Below, in pieces: positions 33,586 to 42,978 of a stretch of DNA of 64,000 bases. Position 1 is the first letter of the stretch. Each line of letters opens with the position of its first letter. Origin of the DNA: Holdemania sp. (GTDB lineage Bacteria; Bacillota_I; Bacilli_A; Erysipelotrichales; Erysipelotrichaceae); assembly GCA_031551965.1 (NCBI GenBank), contig JAVBMW010000027.1:5808-69807 (forward strand), given 5' to 3'. Below the pieces are notes generated by a model that made no database searches, had not been told where the DNA came from, and saw only the letters and a list, made by a program, of their open reading frames with translations. The position numbers were made by a program, and so were the translations under genes.

Positions 33586-35282
33586 AGGGTATAGCAGCAT
33601 CATCCGGAGTAGCTATTGCAAAAGTTTACAAGTTAGAACAACCAGTATTGAATATTGTGCAAAAACAATGTGACAGTGAAGCTGAATTAGTTAAGTTTGC
33701 AGCAGCATTAGAAAAAACACAAAAAGATATTGAAGTGATCAAAACTAAAGCTGAGGGGAAATTATCAGCTGAAGAATTAGAAATTTTTGATGCACATATT
33801 ATGATGGCAAACGATCCAGAACTTGCTGGTCAAATTGAAGAAATGATCAAAAATGATGGTATCAATGCAGAATATGCAACTGAACAAGTTGCGAATGCAA
33901 TGATCGCAATGTTTGAATCAATGGATAATGATTATTTTAGAGAAAGAGCTGCAGATGTCAAAGATGTTACATTTAGATTAAAATGTAATATTGTTGGGGC
34001 AGTAATACCTGATTTAACAACGATCGATGAAGAAGTCGTTATTGTTGCAGAAGATTTGACACCATCAGATACTGCTCAACTTAATAAACAATATACATTA
34101 GGTTTTGCTACACAAATCGGAGGTCGTACTTCACATAGTGCAATCATGGCTAGAAGTCTTGAAATACCTGCAGTAGTGGGAATTCCTGGTGTTTTATCAG
34201 AAGTAAAACATGGAGATACCATTGTACTTGATGCGATCGCAGGAATCGTTATCTTGAATCCAACTGAAGCAGAAATAGCTGAATATACTGCTAAAGGAAA
34301 TGCATATCAAGCAGAAAAAGAAGCACTTAAAGTATTAAAAGATGCAAAATCTGAAACTACAGATGGACATGATGTTGAACTTGCAGGAAATATCGGAACA
34401 CCAAAAGATGTTGAAGGAGTTTTAGCTAACGGTGGAGAAGGAGTAGGATTATATCGTACAGAATTCTTATACATGGATAGTGAAAATTTCCCAACAGAAG
34501 ATGAACAATATGAAGCTTATAAAACTGTACTTGAAAGTATGAACGGTAAAAAAGTTGTAGTACGTACTTTGGATATCGGTGGCGATAAGAAGTTAAGTTA
34601 TTTTGAATTTCCTCATGAAATGAACCCATTCTTAGGTTATCGTGCTATTCGTTTATGTTTAGATCGTACTGATATTTTTAGAACTCAATTACGTGCACTT
34701 CTTCGTGCAAGTGCTTATGGTAAACTTTGCATTATGTTCCCAATGATCGCAACTCTTCAAGAGTTCAATGATGCGAAAGCGATCTACGAAGAAGAAAAGG
34801 CAAAACTTATTTCTGAAGGTGTAGCAGTAGCGGATAATATCGAAGTAGGTATGATGGTTGAAATTCCAGCTGCAGCAGTACTTGCAGATCAATTCGCTAA
34901 AGTAGCTGATTTCTTCTCTATTGGTACAAATGACTTAGTTCAATATTCTATGGCTGCTGACCGTATGTCAGAAAAAGTTTCTTACTTATACCAACCTTGT
35001 AACCCATCACTACTTCGTTTGATTAAAATGACGATCGATGGAGCACACAAAGAAGGTAAATGGTGTGGAATGTGTGGAGAAATGGCAGGAGATGAAATCG
35101 CTGTTCCAGTTTTATTAGGACTTGGATTGGATGAATTTTCAATGTCAGCTTCTTCAATTTTAAAAGCTAGAAAACTAGTTCGTAGCTTAAGTCATGTACA
35201 AATGCAAGGGCTTGCAAGTAAAGCTTTAGAAATGAGTCACGAATCAGAAGTCGTTGAACTTGTAAAAAATAGTATAAAATAG
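33579..35282 (+). CDS. ptsI: Phosphoenolpyruvate-protein phosphotransferase (PTS enzyme I)
   Basis: [16 protein letters not shown] start, phospho-His region [22 protein letters not shown] and FSIGTNDL. Confidence 0.95.
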   Translation: MLKGIAASSGVAIAKVYKLEQPVLNIVQKQCDSEAELVKFAAALEKTQKDIEVIKTKAEGKLSAEELEIFDAHIMMANDPELAGQIEEMIKNDGINAEYATEQVANAMIAMFESMDNDYFRERAADVKDVTFRLKCNIVGAVIPDLTTIDEEVVIVAEDLTPSDTAQLNKQYTLGFATQIGGRTSHSAIMARSLEIPAVVGIPGVLSEVKHGDTIVLDAIAGIVILNPTEAEIAEYTAKGNAYQAEKEALKVLKDAKSETTDGHDVELAGNIGTPKDVEGVLANGGEGVGLYRTEFLYMDSENFPTEDEQYEAYKTVLESMNGKKVVVRTLDIGGDKKLSYFEFPHEMNPFLGYRAIRLCLDRTDIFRTQLRALLRASAYGKLCIMFPMIATLQEFNDAKAIYEEEKAKLISEGVAVADNIEVGMMVEIPAAAVLADQFAKVADFFSIGTNDLVQYSMAADRMSEKVSYLYQPCNPSLLRLIKMTIDGAHKEGKWCGMCGEMAGDEIAVPVLLGLGLDEFSMSASSILKARKLVRSLSHVQMQGLASKALEMSHESEVVELVKNSIK

Positions 35283-35310
35283 TTTAAAAACTTCTAAAAT
35301 ACGATACAAT

Positions 35311-35333
35311 AAGGGTGTGGAAACACACCCTTT
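35311..35333 (+). terminator. Hairpin terminator after ptsI
   Basis: aagggtgtg-gaaa-cacaccctt 9-bp stem with a short T tail. The GTG start of track ORF 35317 lies inside this hairpin. Confidence 0.55.
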
Positions 35334-35349
35334 GAATTTAAGGAGCAAT

Positions 35350-35820
35350 ATGAAAAAAGTTATCTTTATTTCTTCTACAGGTGGTCACTTAACTGAACTT
35401 TTGCAATTAGAACCTTTGTTTAATGAAGTTGAGGCAACATTGATTACGGAGAAGACAAAATCAAATCAAGATTTATATAAAAAATTAACGATACCAGTTT
35501 ATTATCTTTCTTATGGGACGAAACAACATTTATTTTCTTATTTGTTTATTTTTGTATTTAACTGGCTTAAATCAATTTTTTATTTTTTGAAAATAAGACC
35601 TGATGTGATAATTACTACAGGGACCCATACAGCGGTACCAATGTGTTATATTGGACATTTCTTTAAAAAGAAAGTAATCTGGATCGAAACATTTGCGAAT
35701 AGTCAAACTGCTACAAAAGCAGGACAGTTAGTTTATCCCATTGCGGATACATTTATTGTCCAATGGGATAGTATGTTGAAAGCATATCCAAAGGCAAAAG
35801 TTGGGGGGTGGATCTTCTAA
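35350..35820 (+). CDS. Alg14-like glycosyltransferase membrane subunit
   Basis: VIFISSTGGHLTELLQL motif, internal TM, IITTGTHTAVP. Confidence 0.7.
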   Translation: MKKVIFISSTGGHLTELLQLEPLFNEVEATLITEKTKSNQDLYKKLTIPVYYLSYGTKQHLFSYLFIFVFNWLKSIFYFLKIRPDVIITTGTHTAVPMCYIGHFFKKKVIWIETFANSQTATKAGQLVYPIADTFIVQWDSMLKAYPKAKVGGWIF

Positions 35821-36296
35821 TGATTTTAGTTACTTTAGGAACTCAAGATAAAGCATTTCCACGCCTTATAAAAATGGTTGAAGATGCCATAAAATTAAAC
35901 AATAGAAATGAAGAAGTTGTTGTCCAAGCTGGATATACCAAATATCAAAGTGATACTATGAAAATCTTTGATTATATTAATATGTCTGAATTTGATGATT
36001 TATTGACAAAATGCGATGTTTTGATTACACATGGTGGAGTAGGGACAATCGTATCTGCGTTAAAGCAAAATAAAATGGTTATTGCAGTGCCCAGACTCGC
36101 TGAGTTTGGTGAACATCATAACGATCATCAATGTCAAATTATTGACAGTTTTGTCGAAAAAGGGTATATTTTGACTTGTACAAATTTTGAAGAGCTTGCA
36201 CAACATTTAAATAGAGCCAATGAATTTGTACCAAATCGATTTGAAAGTAATCACGAAAACTTCGTTGAACTGATTAGATCAGAAATTTTCAACTAG
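35820..36296 (+). CDS. Alg13-like glycosyltransferase catalytic subunit (Glyco_tran_28_C)
   Basis: MILVTLGTQ start and THGGVGT motif. TAATG overlap with the Alg14-like gene. Confidence 0.7.
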   Translation: MILVTLGTQDKAFPRLIKMVEDAIKLNNRNEEVVVQAGYTKYQSDTMKIFDYINMSEFDDLLTKCDVLITHGGVGTIVSALKQNKMVIAVPRLAEFGEHHNDHQCQIIDSFVEKGYILTCTNFEELAQHLNRANEFVPNRFESNHENFVELIRSEIFN

Positions 36297-36312
36297 TTTT
36301 AGGAGGGAAACA

Positions 36313-37233
36313 ATGGCTGAGCAACAGACAAAAGCTATAACTATTAAAGAGTTAAGAAATAAATTCAATATAATTGGACTTGCAATTATTTTTTATTGCG
36401 CCTTGCAATTTTTGTTTAGCTATTTTAAGGTTGATATTCTTATGTTTTCATCTAGTCTTCTATCTGAATTCTCGGAACTTGCGATCAACACTGGATATTC
36501 GATCATAACACTGTTTTTATCATTGATTATTCCTTTTGTAGTAGTGAAATTTGTGTTGAAAATAGAAATGTCAGAAATAATGCATTTTGACTCGATCCAA
36601 TGGTTTAGTCAAATTCAATATACATGTGTTAGTATTGCGATTTATATTTTTACAATGTTTTTAATTAATGTAGTACTATCACATTTTGCGCCTACTTTTA
36701 TATCTAGTTTCAAAATGAATGAAGCATTCTTTTCAAATGATGATATAATAAGAATCGCATATAGTTGCTATTTCATTCTATTCTTACCTTTTCTGATAGA
36801 GTTTGTATTTCGAGGGGTCATCTTAAAATGTTTTAGTAGATTTGGTGCGAAATTTGCACTTATTGCGAGTTCTTTTGTTTATATGTTGTTTAATATTCAG
36901 TCTCAATATTTTTTGATTTATTTTATTCTAGGATTATTCTTTGCTTATATATCCTTAATTCATAGCAGTTTTATTTCTTCATATTTAGCCCATGCAGGAT
37001 TAAATATTCTGATCGTTGCTATGATTTATATTCCGAAAAATTATATTTGGTTAATGGGTTTAGCGTCAATTGTCATTTATGTATTAGCGGTCTTGACATT
37101 TTACAATATCCGATCAAAACAGTCTCGTTTAAATCAAACATTATCAATGAAAGATTGTCGATATATTATGTTTAGTTCTTGGATTCTTGTGATTTCATTA
37201 GTGATTTTATCTTTATATAAGTTCTTTCTTTAG
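36313..37233 (+). CDS. CPBP-family intramembrane protease (CAAX/Abi-like)
   Basis: Polytopic. EFVFRG (EExxxR-type motif), then F---H-later and HAGLN motifs. Confidence 0.7.
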   Translation: MAEQQTKAITIKELRNKFNIIGLAIIFYCALQFLFSYFKVDILMFSSSLLSEFSELAINTGYSIITLFLSLIIPFVVVKFVLKIEMSEIMHFDSIQWFSQIQYTCVSIAIYIFTMFLINVVLSHFAPTFISSFKMNEAFFSNDDIIRIAYSCYFILFLPFLIEFVFRGVILKCFSRFGAKFALIASSFVYMLFNIQSQYFLIYFILGLFFAYISLIHSSFISSYLAHAGLNILIVAMIYIPKNYIWLMGLASIVIYVLAVLTFYNIRSKQSRLNQTLSMKDCRYIMFSSWILVISLVILSLYKFFL

Positions 37234-37241
37234 TTTTTTTT

Positions 37242-37329
37242 GAGAAGTTGGCCGAGCGGTTTAAGGCACCATCTTGGAAAGGTGGCGAAGTGAAAGCTTC
37301 CGTGGGTTCGAATCCCATGCTTCTCGCCA
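37242..37329 (+). tRNA. tRNA-Ser (anticodon GGA), CCA encoded
   Basis: Hand-folded. Acceptor is gagaagt/gcttctc; anticodon arm is ccatc-ttGGAaa-ggtgg; the variable arm is long; T arm is gtggg-ttcgaat-cccat; discriminator G plus CCA. Confidence 0.85.
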
Positions 37330-37338
37330 TAGTAATCT

Positions 37339-37369
37339 AATCCACTTTAAATGTGGATTTTTGTTTTTT
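37339..37369 (+). terminator. Intrinsic terminator after tRNA-Ser
   Basis: aatccac / gtggatt stem followed by tttgtttttt. Confidence 0.75.
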
Positions 37370-37536
37370 AGAAGTAATATATCACAGTTATATAGTTATA
37401 TATTTGAAAAAAAATCAAAAAAATATATAAAAAAAACATAAATATTAACTTTTTCGGTTATATTTGTTTCATTTTTTTGGAAAATATGTTATTTTTATAT
37501 TACAAAGTAATATTTTTTCAACATAGGGGGAGCCTA

Positions 37537-40500
37537 ATGAAATCAAAGCTCAATTATTTGATATTCTTTATAACCTTATCTACAGCTTTTATGCCAATTG
37601 CTGCTCAAGAGCTTAAACCAATTGGAAATGATCTGCTCTTTTTGTGTATTAGTGTAATTTTAATTATATTCTTATTTGTTTTATTCCAATTATATAAAAG
37701 AAATAATAAAATAAAGTCAATATTAAGTTCATTTAAAATAATAGATATTTATGAATGGAACCAAAAAACGGAAAAATTGAAAAGTTGGAGTAACTATTCG
37801 ATTTTCGAACAATATAACGTGGATCAGGATAATATAAAAATAATAGATCAAGATTTAATCCAGATAATTGAATCCGATTTTAAAAGTATAAATGAAAAAA
37901 AATATCATTATTTAAAGAATGATATGTTTTTTGATTTACAAAATAAAGAAACATTGTATTTAAGAAGATTTACTCGAAAGTTTGATTCGAATCGATGTTT
38001 GATGATTTTAATTGATTTAACTTTAGAAAAATCTAAAGAACAAGAATTAGAAAGAATAGCGAATAAAGATTATTTGTCATCATTATTGACTAGAAGAGCG
38101 ATTGATTCTGTTTTATTACAAAAAATAAATGAATCCAACTTAGTTGATCGTTATATTGTTTTATTTGATATTGATGATTTTAAATCAGTTAATGATCGAT
38201 ATGGACATGATATAGGGGATCAAGTACTTGTGGCTTTAGCTAGAATACTACAAGACCATATAGGGGCAGAAAACACGGCTCGTTGGGGTGGAGAAGAATT
38301 TCTCGCTTATATAGAAGGTAATGATTTTGATTCTGTTTTGACAAAAATATCAAATATTTTAGACACATTTTGTAATGAAAGTTTTTTAGTAGGAACTAGA
38401 ACATCATTTAAAACATCTGTTTCTTGTGGCATTGCAAAGTTTGATGTGAATAAGAATTATTATGAATGTATTTCAAATGCAGATAAAGCTTTATATAAAG
38501 CAAAAATAAATGGTAAAAACAGAATTGAAGTTTATTCTGAAAGTGAAGAACTTGATTTTGAAAATTCAGATCGTGTTTTATATAGTTCATTTGAATATTC
38601 CAATGAATACACGCATTTAATGAGCGATTTAATAAATATTATATTTAGTACGGATAGTATTGAAACTGTCTTGTTTGAAACGATGAAAACCGTTTGTAAA
38701 AGAATGGGGATTGATCATGCGAGTTCTTATTTTTACGAACCCATAAGCAATGTAATGAAACAAGTGAAATATGATCCTAAAAATCGGGATAATCATTCAT
38801 ATTCAATTGATAAGTTAAAAGAGTTAAATACATTAAAAGAAGGAAAAGTAAAATTCTTTACTAATAAAAATGAAGAAGTTAAAGATATTATGCCAACTGA
38901 TTCAAAGTCGATGGTTTTTATTCCTATTCTTCAACTTGGTGAATTAAGTGGAGCTATTATTTTTGATTATGCCAATCAAATACCTGATTGGACTGCAGAT
39001 AAAAGCAAAGTATTTAATGATTTGTCACACATATTCAATACTTTTTTAGGACGTTATAAAGTAAGTACTCTATTGACGTCTGCTGAAAATGCAATGAGCG
39101 ATATTTTAGATGGCATTAGCGGAAGCGTTTATGTTGTTGAGGTAAATACATTTAAACTCCTGTATGCAAATAAATTTATTCGTGAGATGTATGCTGAACA
39201 ATTAAAGAGTCTGGAGATAAATAAAACAACTTGTTGGAAATTATTGAGACCGGATATTGGAAAACCTTGTGAGTTTTGTAATATCTGGAAGATGATCGAA
39301 GATGGAAAAGTTGTGCAAAATTCGGCAAATCAAGAAATCTTCAATAGTTTAAAAGAATCTTACTACGATGTTACGACTACTGCAATTAAATGGAAAGATA
39401 AAGATGCTGTCGTGGTTGTATCAAGAAATATCACAAATGAAAAGAACTTAATGAATGCTCAAAAAGAGCTTACTGAACAATTTAGGATTCAAAACAAGCA
39501 ATATGAGTTTATTTTAGAGAACGCTAAATGTTGTTCATGGACAGCATATTTAGGTGATCCTTTAAAATTAGTAATGGGAAATATTGCGGATGCATTTTAT
39601 GGGGTAGAAGGAATTTCAAATCAAGTCATTTATGATTATACACTTCTTGGACTTAATAAAGATGAAATCAAAGGGCTACGCAAAGCTAGATTAGATTATA
39701 TTGATGGAAAAACTAGTGTTTTTGAGTTTGAACATTCTTTTAAAATTAATGGTGAAATTCGCTATGTAAAATCAATGGGAAAATGTTTTCATGATGATTT
39801 GACTACAATATATGGAATCACGATCGATGTTACAGAAATGAAAGAAAGCTTACTTTATCAAGCTGAATTATTGAAACAATTGACTCAACAAAACGAGAGA
39901 ATTGATTTAGCTTTACTTGCAAGTAAAAATATATTCTGGGAAAAGAAATTTAATACAAAATATGTGAATATTCAAGGAAGTGCAGATCAATTATTTGGCT
40001 ATCCTCAAGGGTATTTCAACAATCATTTAAGCATGCTTGAAGAAATTGTGTTAGAACCTTATCGATCTAATTATGATAAAGCTAATGAAGATTATATACT
40101 TGGTAAAACTGATCTATATTCTTGCGAATTCCCTGTTCGTACTTATAATGGAGACATTAAGTGGTTTAAATCAATAGGGAGAAAACCATACCCTGAAAGT
40201 GAGTATACAGTCGGAATGATGACTGATATTACGGATATAAAACTAGCAGAACAAAAACTATCGGATTTAGCTTTCCGTGATTCTTTAACTAATGTTTATA
40301 ATATTCGCTATTTAACTAATATTAACGATCATGATGAAAATATAATGAATTACGGTGCAGTAATGATGGACGTCAAAAGTTTTAAACAAATCAATGATAT
40401 TTATGGACATCAAATTGCTGACATGACACTACAAAAAATTGTTGAAGTACTTAAAGAGTTTTGTAGTGATCAACCGATAGTTAGAATTAATGCGGATCGA

Positions 40501-41529
40501 TTTATGGTGATTTTTAAAAATTGTGAAATCAATGATTTAGTAGATTATTCAGAAAAATTACTTCATCAATTTGAATCTCCATTTTATTTAACAGATCGCA
40601 TAATCAGAATAAATGTGAAAATAGGGATCGCTACTACAGAAAAAACAGATTTGTTTCAACTAGTTGACTTGGCGGAAATTGCTCTGATTGAAGCTAAAAA
40701 AGATGATGAAAAAGATATTTGCATTTTAACAGCTCAAATATTAGCGAAATCAGAAAGTAGAACTTTAGTTGAGTCACAATTACGTAAAGCAATCGATAAT
40801 AATGAATTTGAAGTTTATTATCAACCAAAAATTTCAGCTAAAGATGAAAGTATAGTAGGAGCTGAAGCGCTTCTTCGCTGGATACATCCCGAAAAGGGAA
40901 TCATTATGCCACTAGAATATATTCCAATAGCTGAACAAAACGGATTGATTATCAACATTGGAGAGTTTGTGATTGAAGAAACGATTCGTGAAGCAAGTAA
41001 TTGGTATAAACAAGGATATGAGATCACAATTTCTATCAATTTATCAATTGTACAATTCAGCAGTATTGGACTTGTGAAAAGAATTTTAAGTACACTTGAA
41101 AAATATGAATATCCTGCAAATCGCTTATCAATTGAAATTACTGAAACAGTAATGGCAAAAGATTTTGAGTATATTAGTAAAGAACTTATTAAACTTAAAG
41201 AGAAAGGCATTCAAGTTGAATTGGATGACTTTGGAAGTGGATATTCTGCAATGAGTTATTTAGCGAAAATGCCGATCGATTGCATTAAAATTGATAAAGG
41301 CTACATTGATCATATTGTCGACAATGAAAAAGACCGCGTTATTTTGCAAACGTTAATTATGATGGCAAAAAAATTAGGTTATTCAACGCTAGCTGAAGGA
41401 GTTGAAACTCTAGATCAACTTAGGCTTTTACAAGATTATGGCTGCGATATAATTCAAGGTTATTATTACAGTAAACCTTTAAAACTAGAAACATTTAAGG
41501 AATATTTGAAAGAAAAATATAAATATTAA
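37537..41529 (+). CDS. Membrane-anchored multidomain c-di-GMP protein: GGDEF (GGEEF) - GAF/PAS sensor modules - degenerate GGDEF (NADRF) - EAL
   Basis: Signal/TM pair at the N-terminus. GGEEF at 38287-38301, NADRF at 40489-40503, EAL(LR) at 40864-40872. DDFGSGYS, IKIDK, AEGVET and QGYYYSKP are present. GGGGGAG RBS before the ATG at 37537. Confidence 0.9.
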   Translation: MKSKLNYLIFFITLSTAFMPIAAQELKPIGNDLLFLCISVILIIFLFVLFQLYKRNNKIKSILSSFKIIDIYEWNQKTEKLKSWSNYSIFEQYNVDQDNIKIIDQDLIQIIESDFKSINEKKYHYLKNDMFFDLQNKETLYLRRFTRKFDSNRCLMILIDLTLEKSKEQELERIANKDYLSSLLTRRAIDSVLLQKINESNLVDRYIVLFDIDDFKSVNDRYGHDIGDQVLVALARILQDHIGAENTARWGGEEFLAYIEGNDFDSVLTKISNILDTFCNESFLVGTRTSFKTSVSCGIAKFDVNKNYYECISNADKALYKAKINGKNRIEVYSESEELDFENSDRVLYSSFEYSNEYTHLMSDLINIIFSTDSIETVLFETMKTVCKRMGIDHASSYFYEPISNVMKQVKYDPKNRDNHSYSIDKLKELNTLKEGKVKFFTNKNEEVKDIMPTDSKSMVFIPILQLGELSGAIIFDYANQIPDWTADKSKVFNDLSHIFNTFLGRYKVSTLLTSAENAMSDILDGISGSVYVVEVNTFKLLYANKFIREMYAEQLKSLEINKTTCWKLLRPDIGKPCEFCNIWKMIEDGKVVQNSANQEIFNSLKESYYDVTTTAIKWKDKDAVVVVSRNITNEKNLMNAQKELTEQFRIQNKQYEFILENAKCCSWTAYLGDPLKLVMGNIADAFYGVEGISNQVIYDYTLLGLNKDEIKGLRKARLDYIDGKTSVFEFEHSFKINGEIRYVKSMGKCFHDDLTTIYGITIDVTEMKESLLYQAELLKQLTQQNERIDLALLASKNIFWEKKFNTKYVNIQGSADQLFGYPQGYFNNHLSMLEEIVLEPYRSNYDKANEDYILGKTDLYSCEFPVRTYNGDIKWFKSIGRKPYPESEYTVGMMTDITDIKLAEQKLSDLAFRDSLTNVYNIRYLTNINDHDENIMNYGAVMMDVKSFKQINDIYGHQIADMTLQKIVEVLKEFCSDQPIVRINADRFMVIFKNCEINDLVDYSEKLLHQFESPFYLTDRIIRINVKIGIATTEKTDLFQLVDLAEIALIEAKKDDEKDICILTAQILAKSESRTLVESQLRKAIDNNEFEVYYQPKISAKDESIVGAEALLRWIHPEKGIIMPLEYIPIAEQNGLIINIGEFVIEETIREASNWYKQGYEITISINLSIVQFSSIGLVKRILSTLEKYEYPANRLSIEITETVMAKDFEYISKELIKLKEKGIQVELDDFGSGYSAMSYLAKMPIDCIKIDKGYIDHIVDNEKDRVILQTLIMMAKKLGYSTLAEGVETLDQLRLLQDYGCDIIQGYYYSKPLKLETFKEYLKEKYKY

Positions 41530-41531
41530 AT

Positions 41532-41560
41532 AAATGTACTCTTCGGAGTGCATTTATCTT
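41532..41560 (+). terminator. Hairpin terminator after GGDEF/EAL gene
   Basis: aaatgtactc-ttcg-gagtgcattt 10-bp stem (one G-U pair); weak T tail. Confidence 0.5.
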
Positions 41561-41619
41561 ATATAATTAAACAAACTAATTTAGTATAATAAAATAGAAA
41601 ACATAAGGAGAATTAAGTT

Positions 41620-42651
41620 ATGGAATTGAATATGGAATATGTACTTGATTTTGCAGAGAAATTATTGAAAATAGAAAGTCCTACAGGATTTACACATTTT
41701 GCAACACAGTTTTTAAAAGAAGAAGCAATAAGATTAGGCTATGAAGTAGCTGAAAATGAAAAAGGAAATTTATATATCGCAGTAGAAGGAAAAGAAAACA
41801 ACCGTGCTTTAGGTTTTAGTGCACATACAGATACTTTGGGATTAATGGTGCGTTCTATTAAATCAAACGGAACACTGGCAGTAACTCGTTTAGGTGGACC
41901 GATTATGGCAACATTGGATGGTGAATACTGCACAGTCATTACTCGTGACAATCAACGATATACAGGGACAATTCTTTCAACTTCTCCTGCAGTTCACGTA
42001 TTTAAGGATGCCTCAACAATTGAAAGAAATGAAGAAACGATGGAAGTTCGTTTAGATGAAATAGTAAAAAATAAAGAAGATGTTGAAAAATTGGGTATTA
42101 GAAATGGTGATATCGTTGCGATCGATCCTAAGACGGTGATCACACCATCAGGATTTATCAAAAGTCGTTTTTTGGATGACAAACTATCAGTAGCGATTCT
42201 TTTTGGAATATTAAAAGGATTAAAAGAAAATCAAGTGATTCCAAATACAAAAACATATTTCTTGATTTCTACATATGAAGAAGTAGGACATGGAAGTAGT
42301 TGGATCCCAGAGGATATTACTGAGTTGATTTCAGTAGATATGGGATGCATTGGACTCGACCTAGCGTGTACAGAGTATGATGTATCCATATGTGCAAAAG
42401 ATTCTGGAGGTCCTTATGATTATATGATTACTTCTAAATTAATTGATCTTGCGAAGAAACATGGTTTGACATACGCAGTAGATATTTACCCTTATTATGG
42501 ATCAGATACAGGGGCTGCTCTTCGCGGTGGCAACAATATCAAAGGTGGTTTAATTGGACCAGGTGTTGCGGCAAGTCACGGCATGGAAAGAAGCCATTCA
42601 AAAGCAGTTGAAAGTACGCTACGTTTAATTAACGCTTATATCACTGAATAA
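41620..42651 (+). CDS. M42-family aminopeptidase (FrvX/PepA-like)
   Basis: ESPTGF, AHTDTLGLMV, FLDDKLSVA, EEVGHG and DMG motifs. Confidence 0.8.
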   Translation: MELNMEYVLDFAEKLLKIESPTGFTHFATQFLKEEAIRLGYEVAENEKGNLYIAVEGKENNRALGFSAHTDTLGLMVRSIKSNGTLAVTRLGGPIMATLDGEYCTVITRDNQRYTGTILSTSPAVHVFKDASTIERNEETMEVRLDEIVKNKEDVEKLGIRNGDIVAIDPKTVITPSGFIKSRFLDDKLSVAILFGILKGLKENQVIPNTKTYFLISTYEEVGHGSSWIPEDITELISVDMGCIGLDLACTEYDVSICAKDSGGPYDYMITSKLIDLAKKHGLTYAVDIYPYYGSDTGAALRGGNNIKGGLIGPGVAASHGMERSHSKAVESTLRLINAYITE

Positions 42652-42914
42652 TGGATAAGATCGAGACATTTAAAGAAGTTGTTCAATTGTTGAATGACAA
42701 GGAAATAGTATTTACATTAAACAATAATTCTGTAACTTATTTTCGTATAGTAAAAGACAAAATTCAAGTAAACGCAACGAATGTTTCTTATAAAATATCA
42801 CTAGATGATTTAGAAAATCTTTTCTTTAAAGAAAACTTTTACTTGTATGATTTGACTGAAGAAATAGTATCTCAAGAAAAAGATGATGAATACTACAGTT
42901 GGAAACGTAAATAA
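42651..42914 (+). CDS. Hypothetical small protein (87 aa)
   Basis: ORF with TAATG-type coupling to the M42 peptidase; no motif recognised. Confidence 0.45.
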   Translation: MDKIETFKEVVQLLNDKEIVFTLNNNSVTYFRIVKDKIQVNATNVSYKISLDDLENLFFKENFYLYDLTEEIVSQEKDDEYYSWKRK

Positions 42915-42978
42915 CCATAGAAATATGGTTTTTTTTCTATTAGGAAGTTATAATAAATGTAGAAATAGGGTGATTAAA

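Noticed and set aside
35317-35349. GTG start of the Alg14-like ORF at 35317
   Set aside because: The GTG lies inside the ptsI terminator hairpin. The ATG at 35350 has an AAGGAG RBS and gives the typical MKK-VIFISSTGGH N-terminus.
37242-37540. tRNA-Ser as an integration site for a genomic island (AT-rich region and large GGDEF/EAL gene downstream)
   Set aside because: No integrase, no direct repeat of the tRNA 3' end and no other mobile-element genes are found downstream. The flanking genes look chromosomal.
40821-41210. 129-aa minus-strand ORF inside the EAL domain region
   Set aside because: It is antisense to the conserved EAL-domain coding sequence (EALLR ... DDFGSGYS), so it is a shadow ORF.
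42883-42978. N-terminal extension of the AlkA-like ORF (track start 42883)
   Set aside because: It overlaps the end of the preceding gene and a hairpin/T-run. Homologues, as I recall them, start at MYFEY..., which matches the GTG at 42979.
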